From a virus (Duplodnaviria > Heunggongvirae > Uroviricota > Caudoviricetes): a stretch of DNA of 38,383 bases. Position 1 is the stretch's first letter; each line of letters opens with the position of its first letter. Both the position numbers and the translations under genes were made by a program. Of this stretch, positions 10,015-19,165 are shown one piece after another. The stretch lies in the IMG/VR virus record IMGVR_UViG_2711768032_000008, positions 1 to 38,383 of that record, one strand, 5' to 3'. A model generated the notes under the pieces. That model saw only the letters and a list, made by a program, of their open reading frames with translations. It did no database searches and was not told the origin of the DNA.

Positions 10015-11289
10015 TTAGTTACCTATCGCTAAATAGTACCCTGATTCATCTGCTGCTGCGGCTTGCTGCGTTCTGGAGGCGCAAACTGCTGTATATCCTG
10101 TTTTTGTAAATCCAGTAACCCCCCATACGTTAACTGCAGTATATTTGGTTGGCCCTGCGGCAGAAGCTTCTGTCAATAAAAATGATCTACAGGCAGTAGG
10201 AAAAGCAAAGGGAAATGTTCCAGATACGGCTCCTGTCATAGTGTTACTATTAGTGGTTTGCCCCCACTGCAAAATATTTCCTCCGGGCAGTGGACACCAA
10301 TTAGCCCCGCCACCTCCCAAACCAAGGTATTGGAGAAGACCTGAAACACTTTTCCCGCTGAGATCAGACAGGGTGGTATCCAGAGGTTGCTTACCTGCCA
10401 GGGAGTTTGTAATTGTCGTGGCAAAATTAGGGTCATTACCCAGCGCCGCCGCCAGCTCATTTAGCGTGTCCAGTGCAGCCGGTGAAGATGCCACCAGTGC
10501 AGCAATAGCTGATTTCACAAAAGCAGTAGTTGCAATCTGCGTATTGTTCGCCGTCTGCGTCGCAGTAGGAGCTGTAGGCGTTCCGGTCAGCACAGGGTTT
10601 GCCAGCGGCGCCTTGAGCGCCAGCGCATTGTTTAACGCCGTTACCACTGCCTGCACAAAGGCCGTGTTTGCAAGCTGCGCGGAATTATTGCCTGCCGGTG
10701 CCGTCGGCGCTTTTGGCGTGCCGGTGAGTGTCGGACTGTCTTTTGGTGCATACTGCGAATGAGGATCAACAGCAGCAAGATGCTTTGCCATCAGGTCATC
10801 CACATACACCCTCAGCTCCAGTACCTTGTCATCCACATACTTGCGGGTTGCCAGAACCACAGCAGGGTCAATTTTCAGGGTGATGTTATCGGTGCTGCTG
10901 GTAATCAGTACCATACGCACGGTCTGCGTGCGTCCGCTGCCCTCCGCCAGCTTCGGCTTGTAGCTCTCCGGGCAGTTTCCCACAGCAATCAGTGCACCAG
11001 TTTCATCAAACAGGCCGACTTCACGGATCCACCACCCGCCCTCATTTTCCGGGATCACCTGCTCAGCAATAATCTGGCTGTTGTTCTGCGGGTCGATATA
11101 CAGCATATTCAGCGCTGCGCGGCGCTCCTCAGCCACTAACGTGGTCTGTTGCGCGTTGGGTGTGGGCAGTACACCGCCACCGCTGCCCACCGCCATATGG
11201 GTAATTTTCAACGGGACACCGAGTGCGGCGGCGCTTGCCAGTTTCGCCGCGCCGATATCCGTCAGCAGGGTATAAAATTTTGCGCTCAT
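10015..11289 (-). CDS. H: Tail fibre protein (gpH-like)
   Basis: 424 aa; conserved P2 H-like N-terminus, variable Ala/Thr-rich repeat-containing C-terminal region. Confidence 0.85.
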   Translation of the reverse strand: MSAKFYTLLTDIGAAKLASAAALGVPLKITHMAVGSGGGVLPTPNAQQTTLVAEERRAALNMLYIDPQNNSQIIAEQVIPENEGGWWIREVGLFDETGALIAVGNCPESYKPKLAEGSGRTQTVRMVLITSSTDNITLKIDPAVVLATRKYVDDKVLELRVYVDDLMAKHLAAVDPHSQYAPKDSPTLTGTPKAPTAPAGNNSAQLANTAFVQAVVTALNNALALKAPLANPVLTGTPTAPTATQTANNTQIATTAFVKSAIAALVASSPAALDTLNELAAALGNDPNFATTITNSLAGKQPLDTTLSDLSGKSVSGLLQYLGLGGGGANWCPLPGGNILQWGQTTNSNTMTGAVSGTFPFAFPTACRSFLLTEASAAGPTKYTAVNVWGVTGFTKTGYTAVCASRTQQAAAADESGYYLAIGN

Positions 11290-11891
11290 GGGTTCACTCT
11301 CATTGTGTCAATAACATGGACCGCCCCGCCCTCATATGCGGTGCCGCCGGAAATAATGGTTTCGTTGATATACGGGTAGATCGTGATTTCTTCGCCGGTG
11401 TAGGTGGCTGCCACCACAAAATACGGGCCGCCTGTCTGCAGGTTGATGGACATGCCAGCCAGGTGACGGCTGCATGGTTTGGCGTCACCGATCAGGCGCT
11501 CCAGCTCCAGATAGGTTTCTTCTGTTATGCCCTGGTCCTGCACGCCAATATCCAGACGGAATGTCCCCGGCGTCTCGCCGGTCTGCCACCACTCAATGAT
11601 GCGGATCAGGAAGCCGAACGGCTCCACCACACGCCGCACGGCACTGGTTGTCCCTTTGTGCTGATGGATATAAAAAGCGTCCTGCACAACGCGGCGCTTG
11701 ACGCTTTCTGTCCAGCTCTCATCCCAGCGGTCAACAGAAAACGCCCAGGCCAGATAAGGCAGGAACCTGCTCGGGCAGGTTGCCGGGTTCCATAAATCGC
11801 GCAGCGATACCTGCAGATCGGAAATCCCGCTGCAGGTCTGCGCCAGTCGGCGCTCAAGCGGCGACGAACCCGGCGGCAACAGACTATTCAT
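11286..11891 (-). CDS. I: Baseplate protein I (gpI-like)
   Basis: Start chosen at MNSLLPPGSSPLE (tracked ORF extends to 11957); overlaps J end. Confidence 0.8.
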   Translation of the reverse strand: MNSLLPPGSSPLERRLAQTCSGISDLQVSLRDLWNPATCPSRFLPYLAWAFSVDRWDESWTESVKRRVVQDAFYIHQHKGTTSAVRRVVEPFGFLIRIIEWWQTGETPGTFRLDIGVQDQGITEETYLELERLIGDAKPCSRHLAGMSINLQTGGPYFVVAATYTGEEITIYPYINETIISGGTAYEGGAVHVIDTMRVNP

Positions 11892-12792
11892 CCGTGCCCC
11901 CGTTGGTGACGATCCATTCAGTACAGGATGCCGCCTGCGTCTTATCCAGCACCACATCCTCCAGCGGGGACGTCAGCTCCACACGCTGGACGCCCTCCAC
12001 GTGCAACGCGGCATAAATAGCGCTGCGGCGGATATCACGTCCCAGCCGCGTCTGACTGGCGATGTATTTCTGCAGACTGGCTTTTGCTTCTGCCATCACC
12101 GGCTCAGCCTCCGGCCCCGGATAAAGGAAGATCGTCGCATCCACGCTGTACGGAATAATTTCAGCGCTGCGCACCGTCAGGCGGTCTGCCACCGGGCGAA
12201 CCTTTTCACTGTTAAGCGCCTGCTCAACCACTGCCAGCAGATCAGCCCCTGCCGTACCGTCACCCTCGCGGCTCAGTACGGTAAGCACCACCTCTGCCGG
12301 TGCCGGACTGGTTGCGCTGGCATCAGCCACCCGCCCGTCGGCACTTCTGGCGTGGAACTCATAGGCTCCCGTCGGCCCTGCAACGGACAGCCCCTCAAAT
12401 GCTGCAGGAATGCGCTGGCGTAATGCTTCATCACTTTCCATCACTGCGGCGACCGGCGGCACCGAGTCATTATCTGCAGGGACTACCGTCAGGCGCTTCA
12501 CGTTGCAGTTACCTGCCAGTTGTTCAAGGTCATTTCCCATGGAATAGGCCACCATGACCGCCTGCGCAGCCTCATTAATTCGCTGACGCAGCAGGATTTC
12601 GCGGTAGGTGCTTTCCTGCAGCTGCTTGGTGACGGGTTCAGATTCCAGTGCCAGCGTGCGCCGTACCGCGTCCTGCTCATCCGCCGGATAAAGGGCCACA
12701 AATGCGGCCTTGCGCTCAGCCAGCAGCGTCTCAAAATCCGGCACGTCCACTATCTGCGGCGCGGGCAGCTGGGAAAGGTCAATCACTGCCAT
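11884..12792 (-). CDS. J: Baseplate assembly protein J
   Basis: 302 aa; P2 order W-J-I. Confidence 0.85.
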   Translation of the reverse strand: MAVIDLSQLPAPQIVDVPDFETLLAERKAAFVALYPADEQDAVRRTLALESEPVTKQLQESTYREILLRQRINEAAQAVMVAYSMGNDLEQLAGNCNVKRLTVVPADNDSVPPVAAVMESDEALRQRIPAAFEGLSVAGPTGAYEFHARSADGRVADASATSPAPAEVVLTVLSREGDGTAGADLLAVVEQALNSEKVRPVADRLTVRSAEIIPYSVDATIFLYPGPEAEPVMAEAKASLQKYIASQTRLGRDIRRSAIYAALHVEGVQRVELTSPLEDVVLDKTQAASCTEWIVTNGGTDE

Positions 12793-13138
12793 TGTCTGCT
12801 CCTGTTGATACCGAAAGGGAAACCGGCGCGCCGTTGTTGCGCTGCCCGGTAAGCTCTACCACCATGGAGCCGTCAAAGCTGCTGCTGATGGTGATGGAAT
12901 CCAGCGTAAGCCGTGGCTCCCAGCGACTCAGGGCCACATAGACCGCAGACATGACCTGCAGGCGTAGCGCCGGGTTCTGCGGCTGGTCAATCAGGGCAGA
13001 CAGCAGGGAACCATATTCCCGGCGGGCGATCCGGCTGCCCTGCGGCGTCAGCAGAATATCCCGCACTGACTGGCGGAGATGGTCCGTATCAGTAATGGCC
13101 TTGCCGTTGCCCTGGCTCATGCCGATATACAGCGTCAT
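12779..13138 (-). CDS. W: Baseplate assembly protein W (gp25-like)
   Basis: 119 aa; overlaps the V and J reading frames. Confidence 0.8.
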   Translation of the reverse strand: MTLYIGMSQGNGKAITDTDHLRQSVRDILLTPQGSRIARREYGSLLSALIDQPQNPALRLQVMSAVYVALSRWEPRLTLDSITISSSFDGSMVVELTGQRNNGAPVSLSVSTGADNGSD

Positions 13139-13713
13139 ACCGGACCTCCCGTGTTAGCGCCGCCTTTCAGAACTCCAGTATGCTCATGGTCATCAACTAC
13201 GATCCCGTTAGAACTCATTGCGCCGCCGCCCTGGGTGACGCCGCCATTGATCACCACCTCGCTGTTAATGCGCGTGGTGTCAGCCTCCACCACAAACTCA
13301 CCGGTTTTGTAGATGACGCTGTCTGATGCCTCGATCACCATGGATTTGATGCCCCTGACATGCCATCGTCCGGTGGCGGGTTCATACTCAAACCATCCCC
13401 CGTCCGGGTACTCCGTCACGCAGCCGCCCACAGAATCCGACGGTGGCGGAAACTGATTGGAGTAGATGGCGGGCAGCACAAAAGCGGTTTCCAGATTGCC
13501 GCCCATGCTCAGCACCACCACCTGCTCATCCGGCGACGGACACCACCACGTACGGGCACCACCGGCGCGCAGTGTCAGCCAGTTAATCCAGTTAGTTTCA
13601 AGCTCGCCCATTTTTACCCTGCACAGCCACTTTTCCCGGTCCACTTCGGTTACAGTGCCGATGCGGATCAGGTTGGTGATAAGGCGCATGATTTCGGTCA
13701 GTTGTGCATTCAT
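13135..13713 (-). CDS. V: Baseplate spike/assembly protein V
   Basis: Start chosen at MNAQLTEIMRL (tracked ORF extends to 13806 through AT-rich DNA); resembles P2 gpV from memory. Confidence 0.8.
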   Translation of the reverse strand: MNAQLTEIMRLITNLIRIGTVTEVDREKWLCRVKMGELETNWINWLTLRAGGARTWWCPSPDEQVVVLSMGGNLETAFVLPAIYSNQFPPPSDSVGGCVTEYPDGGWFEYEPATGRWHVRGIKSMVIEASDSVIYKTGEFVVEADTTRINSEVVINGGVTQGGGAMSSNGIVVDDHEHTGVLKGGANTGGPV

Positions 13714-13759
13714 AGATATATGATGACAGCTGAAAACTTGTTTATAACTTCTTGCAAAT

Positions 13760-13777
13760 TGTGGTATCGATGGTACA
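13760..13777. promoter_or_regulatory. TGT-N12-ACA dyad upstream of V (Ogr-type element, candidate P_V)
   Basis: TGTGGTATCGATGGTACA, internally palindromic; centred about 55 bp from the predicted V start. Confidence 0.4.
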
Positions 13778-13817
13778 AATTGATTAAAGGATAAAAAAAC
13801 AACCAATAGGTGGATGA

Positions 13818-14624
13818 ATGAGTGTTATGAATCCAATAAGTTCTAATATATTTAATGCTGAATTTTTAAATACCCCGGCAGCGGCACTTGCCGCATGGAT
13901 TTCCATTATTGGAGCTGCTATAACTCTGGTGACGATAGTTATAAGAGCACTATTCAAATATAGAAAGTCTCATGATGTAATTTTGAAAAAATCAGGAATA
14001 CCTGCGTTTATATTAAATTTTTTTCTTATACGAATATCATTAAAAAGGCTGCCTACTATCACATGGGCTGAAAAATCAATCGCGGTTCTCTTTTCACTTC
14101 TTTTTTTGTATGCAATTTATATTTTTGGTCCAGTTTTCATCCAAACCATTAGAACCCCACCAAATAGCACATTGCTTTATTGGATAAAGTCCGGTGAATC
14201 ATTTTACATATCAAAAAAACTGGCGACTGCAGCTACAATATTAACCACTCCTGATTGGGAAATATCAAAGGATGATTGCGAACAGTCATCCTCTGCCAGT
14301 TCAGAGAAGTACAAATCATTAACTATCGAACATAAAGAAATTCTTTGTAAACTACTAACCACTGATGAAGGGAATGCTTACATTGATAAAGCAGTCAAGA
14401 AGTTCGTTAAAGACAAATTCTTTATCTATTCCTTTACCCCAATGACCATATTTATTCTATTATGGCTTTCTTTGGGTTTTATGCTGACCATTCACTATTC
14501 TAAAAAAGTCAGGAAATATATTCTAACTGAACAAAAAAGTGCAATTCATTGGGCAAATGGTGAATTCAAGACAGAAGGAATCTATTCAATATATCAAGAG
14601 TTAGAACGTAAGACTCACCATTAA
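13818..14624 (+). CDS. Hypothetical membrane protein (prophage cargo between S and V)
   Basis: 268 aa, AT-rich, opposite strand to the late operon; hydrophobic segments (AAALAAWISIIGAAITLVTIVI, IAVLFSLLFLYAIYIFGPVFI, IYSFTPMTIFILLWLSLGFML); SD-like AGGTGG upstream; no family recognised. Confidence 0.6.
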   Translation: MSVMNPISSNIFNAEFLNTPAAALAAWISIIGAAITLVTIVIRALFKYRKSHDVILKKSGIPAFILNFFLIRISLKRLPTITWAEKSIAVLFSLLFLYAIYIFGPVFIQTIRTPPNSTLLYWIKSGESFYISKKLATAATILTTPDWEISKDDCEQSSSASSEKYKSLTIEHKEILCKLLTTDEGNAYIDKAVKKFVKDKFFIYSFTPMTIFILLWLSLGFMLTIHYSKKVRKYILTEQKSAIHWANGEFKTEGIYSIYQELERKTHH

Positions 14625-15012
14625 TACCTAACAGGCGGCGCTCTGCATAGCGGACCTCCGGGCCTTTATGGCTGACGCGGTCACGCAGGCCGTAGTGGTG
14701 AACCCGCGCAATACGTTGCACCTTACCCTCAAACTGCACGCTGGCAGAGTCCGCGTTGGCTGCAGTTTTCAGGTATTTTGTGGTGCGAAGCTTTGCAAAC
14801 ATCTGGCGTTTGATGCGTCCCTTCTTGCTGCGGGCTGTCACCCGGCGCGGCTCATAGCCGCTGCCATCAGGATTACGCTGCAGCCTGATGTTCTGCTGCT
14901 GCGTCCGGCGCAGCTGTTGCGCCAGTTGCCGCATCATACGACTGCGTGCTGCAGGCTCCAGATTTGCCAGCAGCGCCGTCAGCCAGTCATCCACCTTCTG
15001 CAGTTCATCCAC
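14566..15012 (-). CDS. S: Tail completion protein S (gpS-like)
   Basis: 148 aa; position and recalled similarity to P2 S; last ~17 codons lie in the AT-rich insert. Confidence 0.8.
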   Translation of the reverse strand: MDELQKVDDWLTALLANLEPAARSRMMRQLAQQLRRTQQQNIRLQRNPDGSGYEPRRVTARSKKGRIKRQMFAKLRTTKYLKTAANADSASVQFEGKVQRIARVHHYGLRDRVSHKGPEVRYAERRLLGINGESYVLTLDILNRFLLS

Positions 15013-15457
15013 GTTTCACCGTCCACATTTCTTCGGGTTCGTCCGGCTCCGGCACCGCTTCAACTCTTGACACTCTGCCGTCAGTGCTGACCAGCACACG
15101 CTCCGTCAGCTGCAGGTTCATGCTGATATCACACACATCATTACGCAGAATATCCACTTCAAAGGTGAACAGTTTTTCGCGCAGCTCCGGGTTGTTGATG
15201 GCGTCCGGCTGGTTCTCTCTGAGCCACAGCAACACGGGGGCCATCAGCAGATTCTGGTCACCGCTGAAATCCTCGATCACCACGTTCAGGGTGTAGCGGT
15301 ATTCCCATGACATAGAGCTGGCACCGGTTGCCACCAGTGAGCCGTTATCAACGAAAAGGTGCAGCTTATCCGGGTTGTTGCGGACATACGCCACCGCTTT
15401 ATTCAGGGCGCTGCGCAGGGACTGCGGTTTGTTCACTGTTTCGCTCCTGACACGCAA
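15005..15457 (-). CDS. R: Tail completion protein R (gpR-like)
   Basis: 150 aa (true start may be slightly downstream at VNKPQSLR); P2 order R-S. Confidence 0.8.
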   Translation of the reverse strand: MRVRSETVNKPQSLRSALNKAVAYVRNNPDKLHLFVDNGSLVATGASSMSWEYRYTLNVVIEDFSGDQNLLMAPVLLWLRENQPDAINNPELREKLFTFEVDILRNDVCDISMNLQLTERVLVSTDGRVSRVEAVPEPDEPEEMWTVKRG

Positions 15458-15689
15458 CTATCGTGTCGACTTTGTCGGCACAGACCGCCCAGGCGGCCTC
15501 GGTTTCATCCAGTGCCGCATTCAGATCACCGTTACTGCGCGGCGCTGACCTTTCCAGGCGGCACTGCGTCACTCTGGGACAGCCACTCACGGTAAGCTGC
15601 ACCTCCGGCGAAGGCCGGACGCTCCCGCAGCCTGATAATGTCAGCAGGCAAAGGAGCGTCAGCCCAGCGGCGCAAATCCTCGTTTTCAC
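15399..15689 (-). CDS. lysC: o-spanin lipoprotein (LysC/Rz1-like)
   Basis: 96 aa with lipobox LTLSGC after a signal peptide; in a different frame overlapping the 3' end of lysB and the start of R. Confidence 0.7.
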   Translation of the reverse strand: MKTRICAAGLTLLCLLTLSGCGSVRPSPEVQLTVSGCPRVTQCRLERSAPRSNGDLNAALDETEAAWAVCADKVDTIVACQERNSEQTAVPAQRPE

Positions 15690-15981
15690 GTTTCAGTTCC
15701 TCGATCCGGCGCTGGCGGCTTCGCAGCAGCGCGGTGGTATGTTCCGCTGCCGCATAAAGCCGCGTCTGCTCCCGGCTGTTGGTTTCGGTCAGAATGGACA
15801 GGCCGATCAACTGACTGTTCTTCTTTGTCAGTTCCTGCGTTTTGCTTTTCAGCGCCGTGTCCTGCGTCTCGATGATGTGACTGGCATTGTTAAGCCGCCA
15901 CAACTGCCAGCCCAGCGCCGCAATAGCCAGCACCAGCACGGCCGCCAGCAAGCGCGTCACGCCCCAGTTCCTTTTAAGCAC
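15532..15981 (-). CDS. lysB: i-spanin (LysB/Rz-like)
   Basis: 149 aa, N-terminal transmembrane segment then coiled-coil; follows the endolysin gene. Confidence 0.75.
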   Translation of the reverse strand: MLKRNWGVTRLLAAVLVLAIAALGWQLWRLNNASHIIETQDTALKSKTQELTKKNSQLIGLSILTETNSREQTRLYAAAEHTTALLRSRQRRIEELKRENEDLRRWADAPLPADIIRLRERPAFAGGAAYREWLSQSDAVPPGKVSAAQ

Positions 15982-16472
15982 CAGGCCAGTTCCCGCGCGC
16001 GGCGGTTCTCCAGACCTTTATTTTTCACACCGTTAACGTAAATCCAGCGCGGTAGCTGGTTGCATGCCTGCCACCACTGCTGGCGATTGATATATGACAC
16101 CATGGTTGACCTGCAGATCGCGCCGGTCCCCACATTGAAACCAATGCTCACCAGCGCATCGTAGACATGTTGCGGGGGCTTAACCGTCAGGCAGGCATCC
16201 AGCCTTTTTTCAGTCAGTAGTACATTGTTTATTAACCCCTGCGCCGCCTGCCGTTCCGTGATAGCTTTCCCCGGCACCACCCCGGATGTATTTCCGATCC
16301 CGTCGGTCCAGACACCCGCGCTGCACTGATAAGGCTGCAGGCGGCATCCCTCGTAATCAGCAATCAGTTTCAGCCCCTCAACGGAGGTATGGAGCGACTG
16401 AAAACCGGGCAGCGTGGCGGCGATGGCCAGCGCCGCCCCGACCATGCAGCGCTTAACGATTGAAGGATTCAT
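15957..16472 (-). CDS. K: Endolysin (phage lysozyme) with N-terminal SAR-type signal-anchor
   Basis: Start at MNPSIVKRCMVGAALAIAATLPGF (weakly hydrophobic Ala/Gly-rich segment), followed by a lysozyme-like domain; P2 K position. Confidence 0.8.
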   Translation of the reverse strand: MNPSIVKRCMVGAALAIAATLPGFQSLHTSVEGLKLIADYEGCRLQPYQCSAGVWTDGIGNTSGVVPGKAITERQAAQGLINNVLLTEKRLDACLTVKPPQHVYDALVSIGFNVGTGAICRSTMVSYINRQQWWQACNQLPRWIYVNGVKNKGLENRRARELAWCLKGTGA

Positions 16473-16668
16473 ATTCCCCCCGCGAAATTTTGCCGCCACG
16501 CAGCAATTTGAAGGACTGGTGTTTGTAGTACCAGTTGATCGCCAGCATCAGCACGCCAATCAGGACGCCGCCAACCGTTGACACATCCTTGAGCGACAGA
16601 TCGCCCAGCCATGCCAGCAGCACGGCGATGCAATAAGTGATAAAGGCGCTGATTCGTTCAAGCGTCAT
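16453..16668 (-). CDS. Y: Holin
   Basis: 71 aa starting MTLERISAFITYCIAVLLAWLG, two hydrophobic helices and a charged C-terminus; immediately upstream of the endolysin gene. Confidence 0.7.
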   Translation of the reverse strand: MTLERISAFITYCIAVLLAWLGDLSLKDVSTVGGVLIGVLMLAINWYYKHQSFKLLRGGKISRGEYESFNR

Positions 16669-16672
16669 AAAT

Positions 16673-16876
16673 TCAGTCCCATAGCTGGACGGTCTGCGCC
16701 GTGGTTGATGCCGGAATGTCCGGCAGATCCACCTGCAACCCGTGCGGTAAAAAGGGGCCGTATTCAGCCAGCCCCGGATTTGCCTGCAGAACCTGCTCCG
16801 TGACACCCTGCGTGCGCCCGTAATGACGCCAGCAAAGCGCGTCCACCGTGTCATACTGATGCGCACGCACTTTCAT
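16673..16876 (-). CDS. X: Tail protein X (LysM-like)
   Basis: 67 aa starting MKVRAHQYDTVDALCWRHYG; resembles P2 gpX from memory. Confidence 0.8.
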   Translation of the reverse strand: MKVRAHQYDTVDALCWRHYGRTQGVTEQVLQANPGLAEYGPFLPHGLQVDLPDIPASTTAQTVQLWD

Positions 16877-17340
16877 CAGATAAGCTCCACCGTACAGTGC
16901 GGTGCATCCTGCACCCGGCTGATAGCCCAACGGGCATCACGCCACAGATCACCGCTGGCCTCCGCCAGTTCTTCCCCTCGCTTCACGCCGGACGCCGTGG
17001 CGTCATAGTCCTGATAACGCTCATTGAGCACGGCGCGCGCCCAGCAAAAAACGGCGTTGTGGTAGTGCTGTATCCGCTCACTTTTGCCGTCCAGCATGTC
17101 CGCCGGAACCTCAGTCAGTGCCCGATAGCCCAGCATCTGCTGGCGGTTGCGGAATTCGTACAGCTCAGCGTTAACCTCAGAAATCGCCGTCAGCAGAACC
17201 TGCTTTAAACGCGGCTGCGTCACCGTGCCGTCAGTGCGCATCACACTGCGAAATTCCGCCAGGTCAACATCCGGCCAGAACGGCGTATTTTTGATGACCT
17301 CCGCCTGTTCCGGTGCCTGTTCGGGCGCAACAAACTTCAT
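16876..17340 (-). CDS. L: Head completion/stabilisation protein L
   Basis: Start at MKFVAPEQAPE (tracked ORF extends to 17403); P2 order M-L-X. Confidence 0.8.
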   Translation of the reverse strand: MKFVAPEQAPEQAEVIKNTPFWPDVDLAEFRSVMRTDGTVTQPRLKQVLLTAISEVNAELYEFRNRQQMLGYRALTEVPADMLDGKSERIQHYHNAVFCWARAVLNERYQDYDATASGVKRGEELAEASGDLWRDARWAISRVQDAPHCTVELI

Positions 17341-17433
17341 GCGGCTTTCTCCTGAAATAGAGGGCGGTGAACGGGGTTTTGATGAGGCTATGCCTTTCGC
17401 CACCCCGTGCCGCCCGTGCGCGGGGCACGTTCG

Positions 17434-18084
17434 TTAGCGGCTGTCATTGCGCAGTCTGCGCTCCAGCTGCTGCTTTTCTTTTTTCACGCCGCAACGGGAG
17501 TCCAGTTGCAGCGCATGGGTGAGGTGATTCAGGGCAGATGCCGGGTGGCTTTCGCTCAGCACAGCGCCGATGGCTTTATGCAGGCGCGCCCGCGACTGGT
17601 CCGGCATATCCAGATCGGTTGTCAGGTCCAGCGTCTGCAGGAGCAGATCGGCGTCAAAGCCGGTGGCGGCAAGCAGGGCACTTTGCGCCGCGTCTGCCAT
17701 TTCTTCTGCCAGCACGGTCTGCACGTTGCGGTTGCCCAGCGGCATCACCCAGCCATGGCGCAGCGCATGGCGCCCGATTTCCAGCGCACCGGCATAGTCA
17801 CCGGCATCGATGCGCCAGAGCATCACGTACATCAGCACGTCATCCTGCTGCGCAGCTCCGGCAGCCAGCACGCCGTCTGCCCAGGCGGCATATTTCGGCA
17901 GCAGCTCCACCTTAATCGCCGCCTTTTTCACCGTGGACTGGATGCCCCTGAGGCGGCGACGGTCTTCTGCCAGTTGCAGCAGCATCAGGTCATAGCCCGA
18001 GGCATGGCGAACACTGCCGCCCTCACGGGCGGCCTGTTCGGCCTGAATGCGCAGGCGGTGCTGCCGTGCGGGACTCAGGCTCAT
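17434..18084 (-). CDS. M: Terminase small (endonuclease) subunit M
   Basis: 216 aa; resembles P2 gpM from memory; downstream of the capsid gene. Confidence 0.8.
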   Translation of the reverse strand: MSLSPARQHRLRIQAEQAAREGGSVRHASGYDLMLLQLAEDRRRLRGIQSTVKKAAIKVELLPKYAAWADGVLAAGAAQQDDVLMYVMLWRIDAGDYAGALEIGRHALRHGWVMPLGNRNVQTVLAEEMADAAQSALLAATGFDADLLLQTLDLTTDLDMPDQSRARLHKAIGAVLSESHPASALNHLTHALQLDSRCGVKKEKQQLERRLRNDSR

Positions 18085-18087
18085 GCG

Positions 18088-19149
18088 TTACTCCCCACTC
18101 TCCGGTGCGGCTGGCACACTGAAATCACCAATTTCGATGTTTTCCACCAGTGCCGCACAACGGTAGTCCTCGACCACATACGCCTCGTTAACGGATTCAA
18201 AGTTTTCAATCCGGTCACGTTTCGGGTTGTCGATAACAGAACGGCGGCGGGTGTCTTCCTGCCAGTAGATAGACAAGTTATCCAGACGGGTGATCAGCAG
18301 CGCATTTGCCGGGAAGAAAGGCGCGCGAACGGCCTGCAGGCCGCCCATGCGTTTCTGACTGATGATCAGATCGGCGGCGATTTTCTCGCTGTTGTCCTGC
18401 TCTTTGTTAACCAGCGGGAAATATTTGTCGGACAGCAGTTCACGCCCGCAGACAACCACCAGATCGTCATCATCCTGGTAAACCACGTCGATCAGCTCGT
18501 TGACGGCATCCATCACCAGCGCGTCCAGGTTGGCGTAGTCGCCCTCCTTACCCACTTTCACTGCATCTTTGGTGGTTACGCCGTCTTTCGTCGCGCTGCC
18601 CATGACATGATCCGGCGCGTCTTCGCGGATTTTCTGCAGCCAGCCTTTATTGACGTCCTGCAGCAGTGGGTTTTCACCACGGTTAGACGTTTTGGCGCGC
18701 TTCTCGCCGTTAAAGCCAATCATGATGCGGTCCAGCGCCTGACGCTTGACGATGGCGTTGCGGATACGCACCTGGAAGTCCTGGAACTTCGCCCACAGGT
18801 CCAGTTTTGCGTAGGTCAGCACCGTATCAAAGTTGGTCTGTTCGCATTTATATTCCGCGTCCTCCATCAGCATCGGATCGGTAGGCTCGCGCTCTTTGGT
18901 GGTGGTGTCGGTGGTTCCGGCAATGGTGCTGCCAACACCCAGCCCCAGCAACTGACCGGACTGCTCAGTGACCGGTGTGATGTTAATCAACGTCAGGAAA
19001 GCGGCGGACTGCTGGATCTGGTCTTCCAGCGTCTGCTGTACCGTCGGCTCCACGGTGAATTTGCTGGAGAGTTCTTCAACCTCCACACCGTTCAGGCGCG
19101 CCAGTTGCTGCAGGTAGGCGTTAAAGGCAAAGCGGGTTTTCTTTTTCAT
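18088..19149 (-). CDS. N: Major capsid protein N
   Basis: 353 aa; P2 gpN-like by position and recalled similarity. Confidence 0.9.
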   Translation of the reverse strand: MKKKTRFAFNAYLQQLARLNGVEVEELSSKFTVEPTVQQTLEDQIQQSAAFLTLINITPVTEQSGQLLGLGVGSTIAGTTDTTTKEREPTDPMLMEDAEYKCEQTNFDTVLTYAKLDLWAKFQDFQVRIRNAIVKRQALDRIMIGFNGEKRAKTSNRGENPLLQDVNKGWLQKIREDAPDHVMGSATKDGVTTKDAVKVGKEGDYANLDALVMDAVNELIDVVYQDDDDLVVVCGRELLSDKYFPLVNKEQDNSEKIAADLIISQKRMGGLQAVRAPFFPANALLITRLDNLSIYWQEDTRRRSVIDNPKRDRIENFESVNEAYVVEDYRCAALVENIEIGDFSVPAAPESGE

Positions 19150-19165
19150 CGGGTTTTATGCTCCA

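Noticed and set aside
13818-13830. TGT-N12-ACA dyad as a promoter for the plus-strand cargo gene
   Set aside because: Predicted transcription start about 55 bp from the dyad centre falls inside the ORF after its SD-like AGGTGG; more likely belongs to V or is coincidental. Kept only as a low-confidence note.
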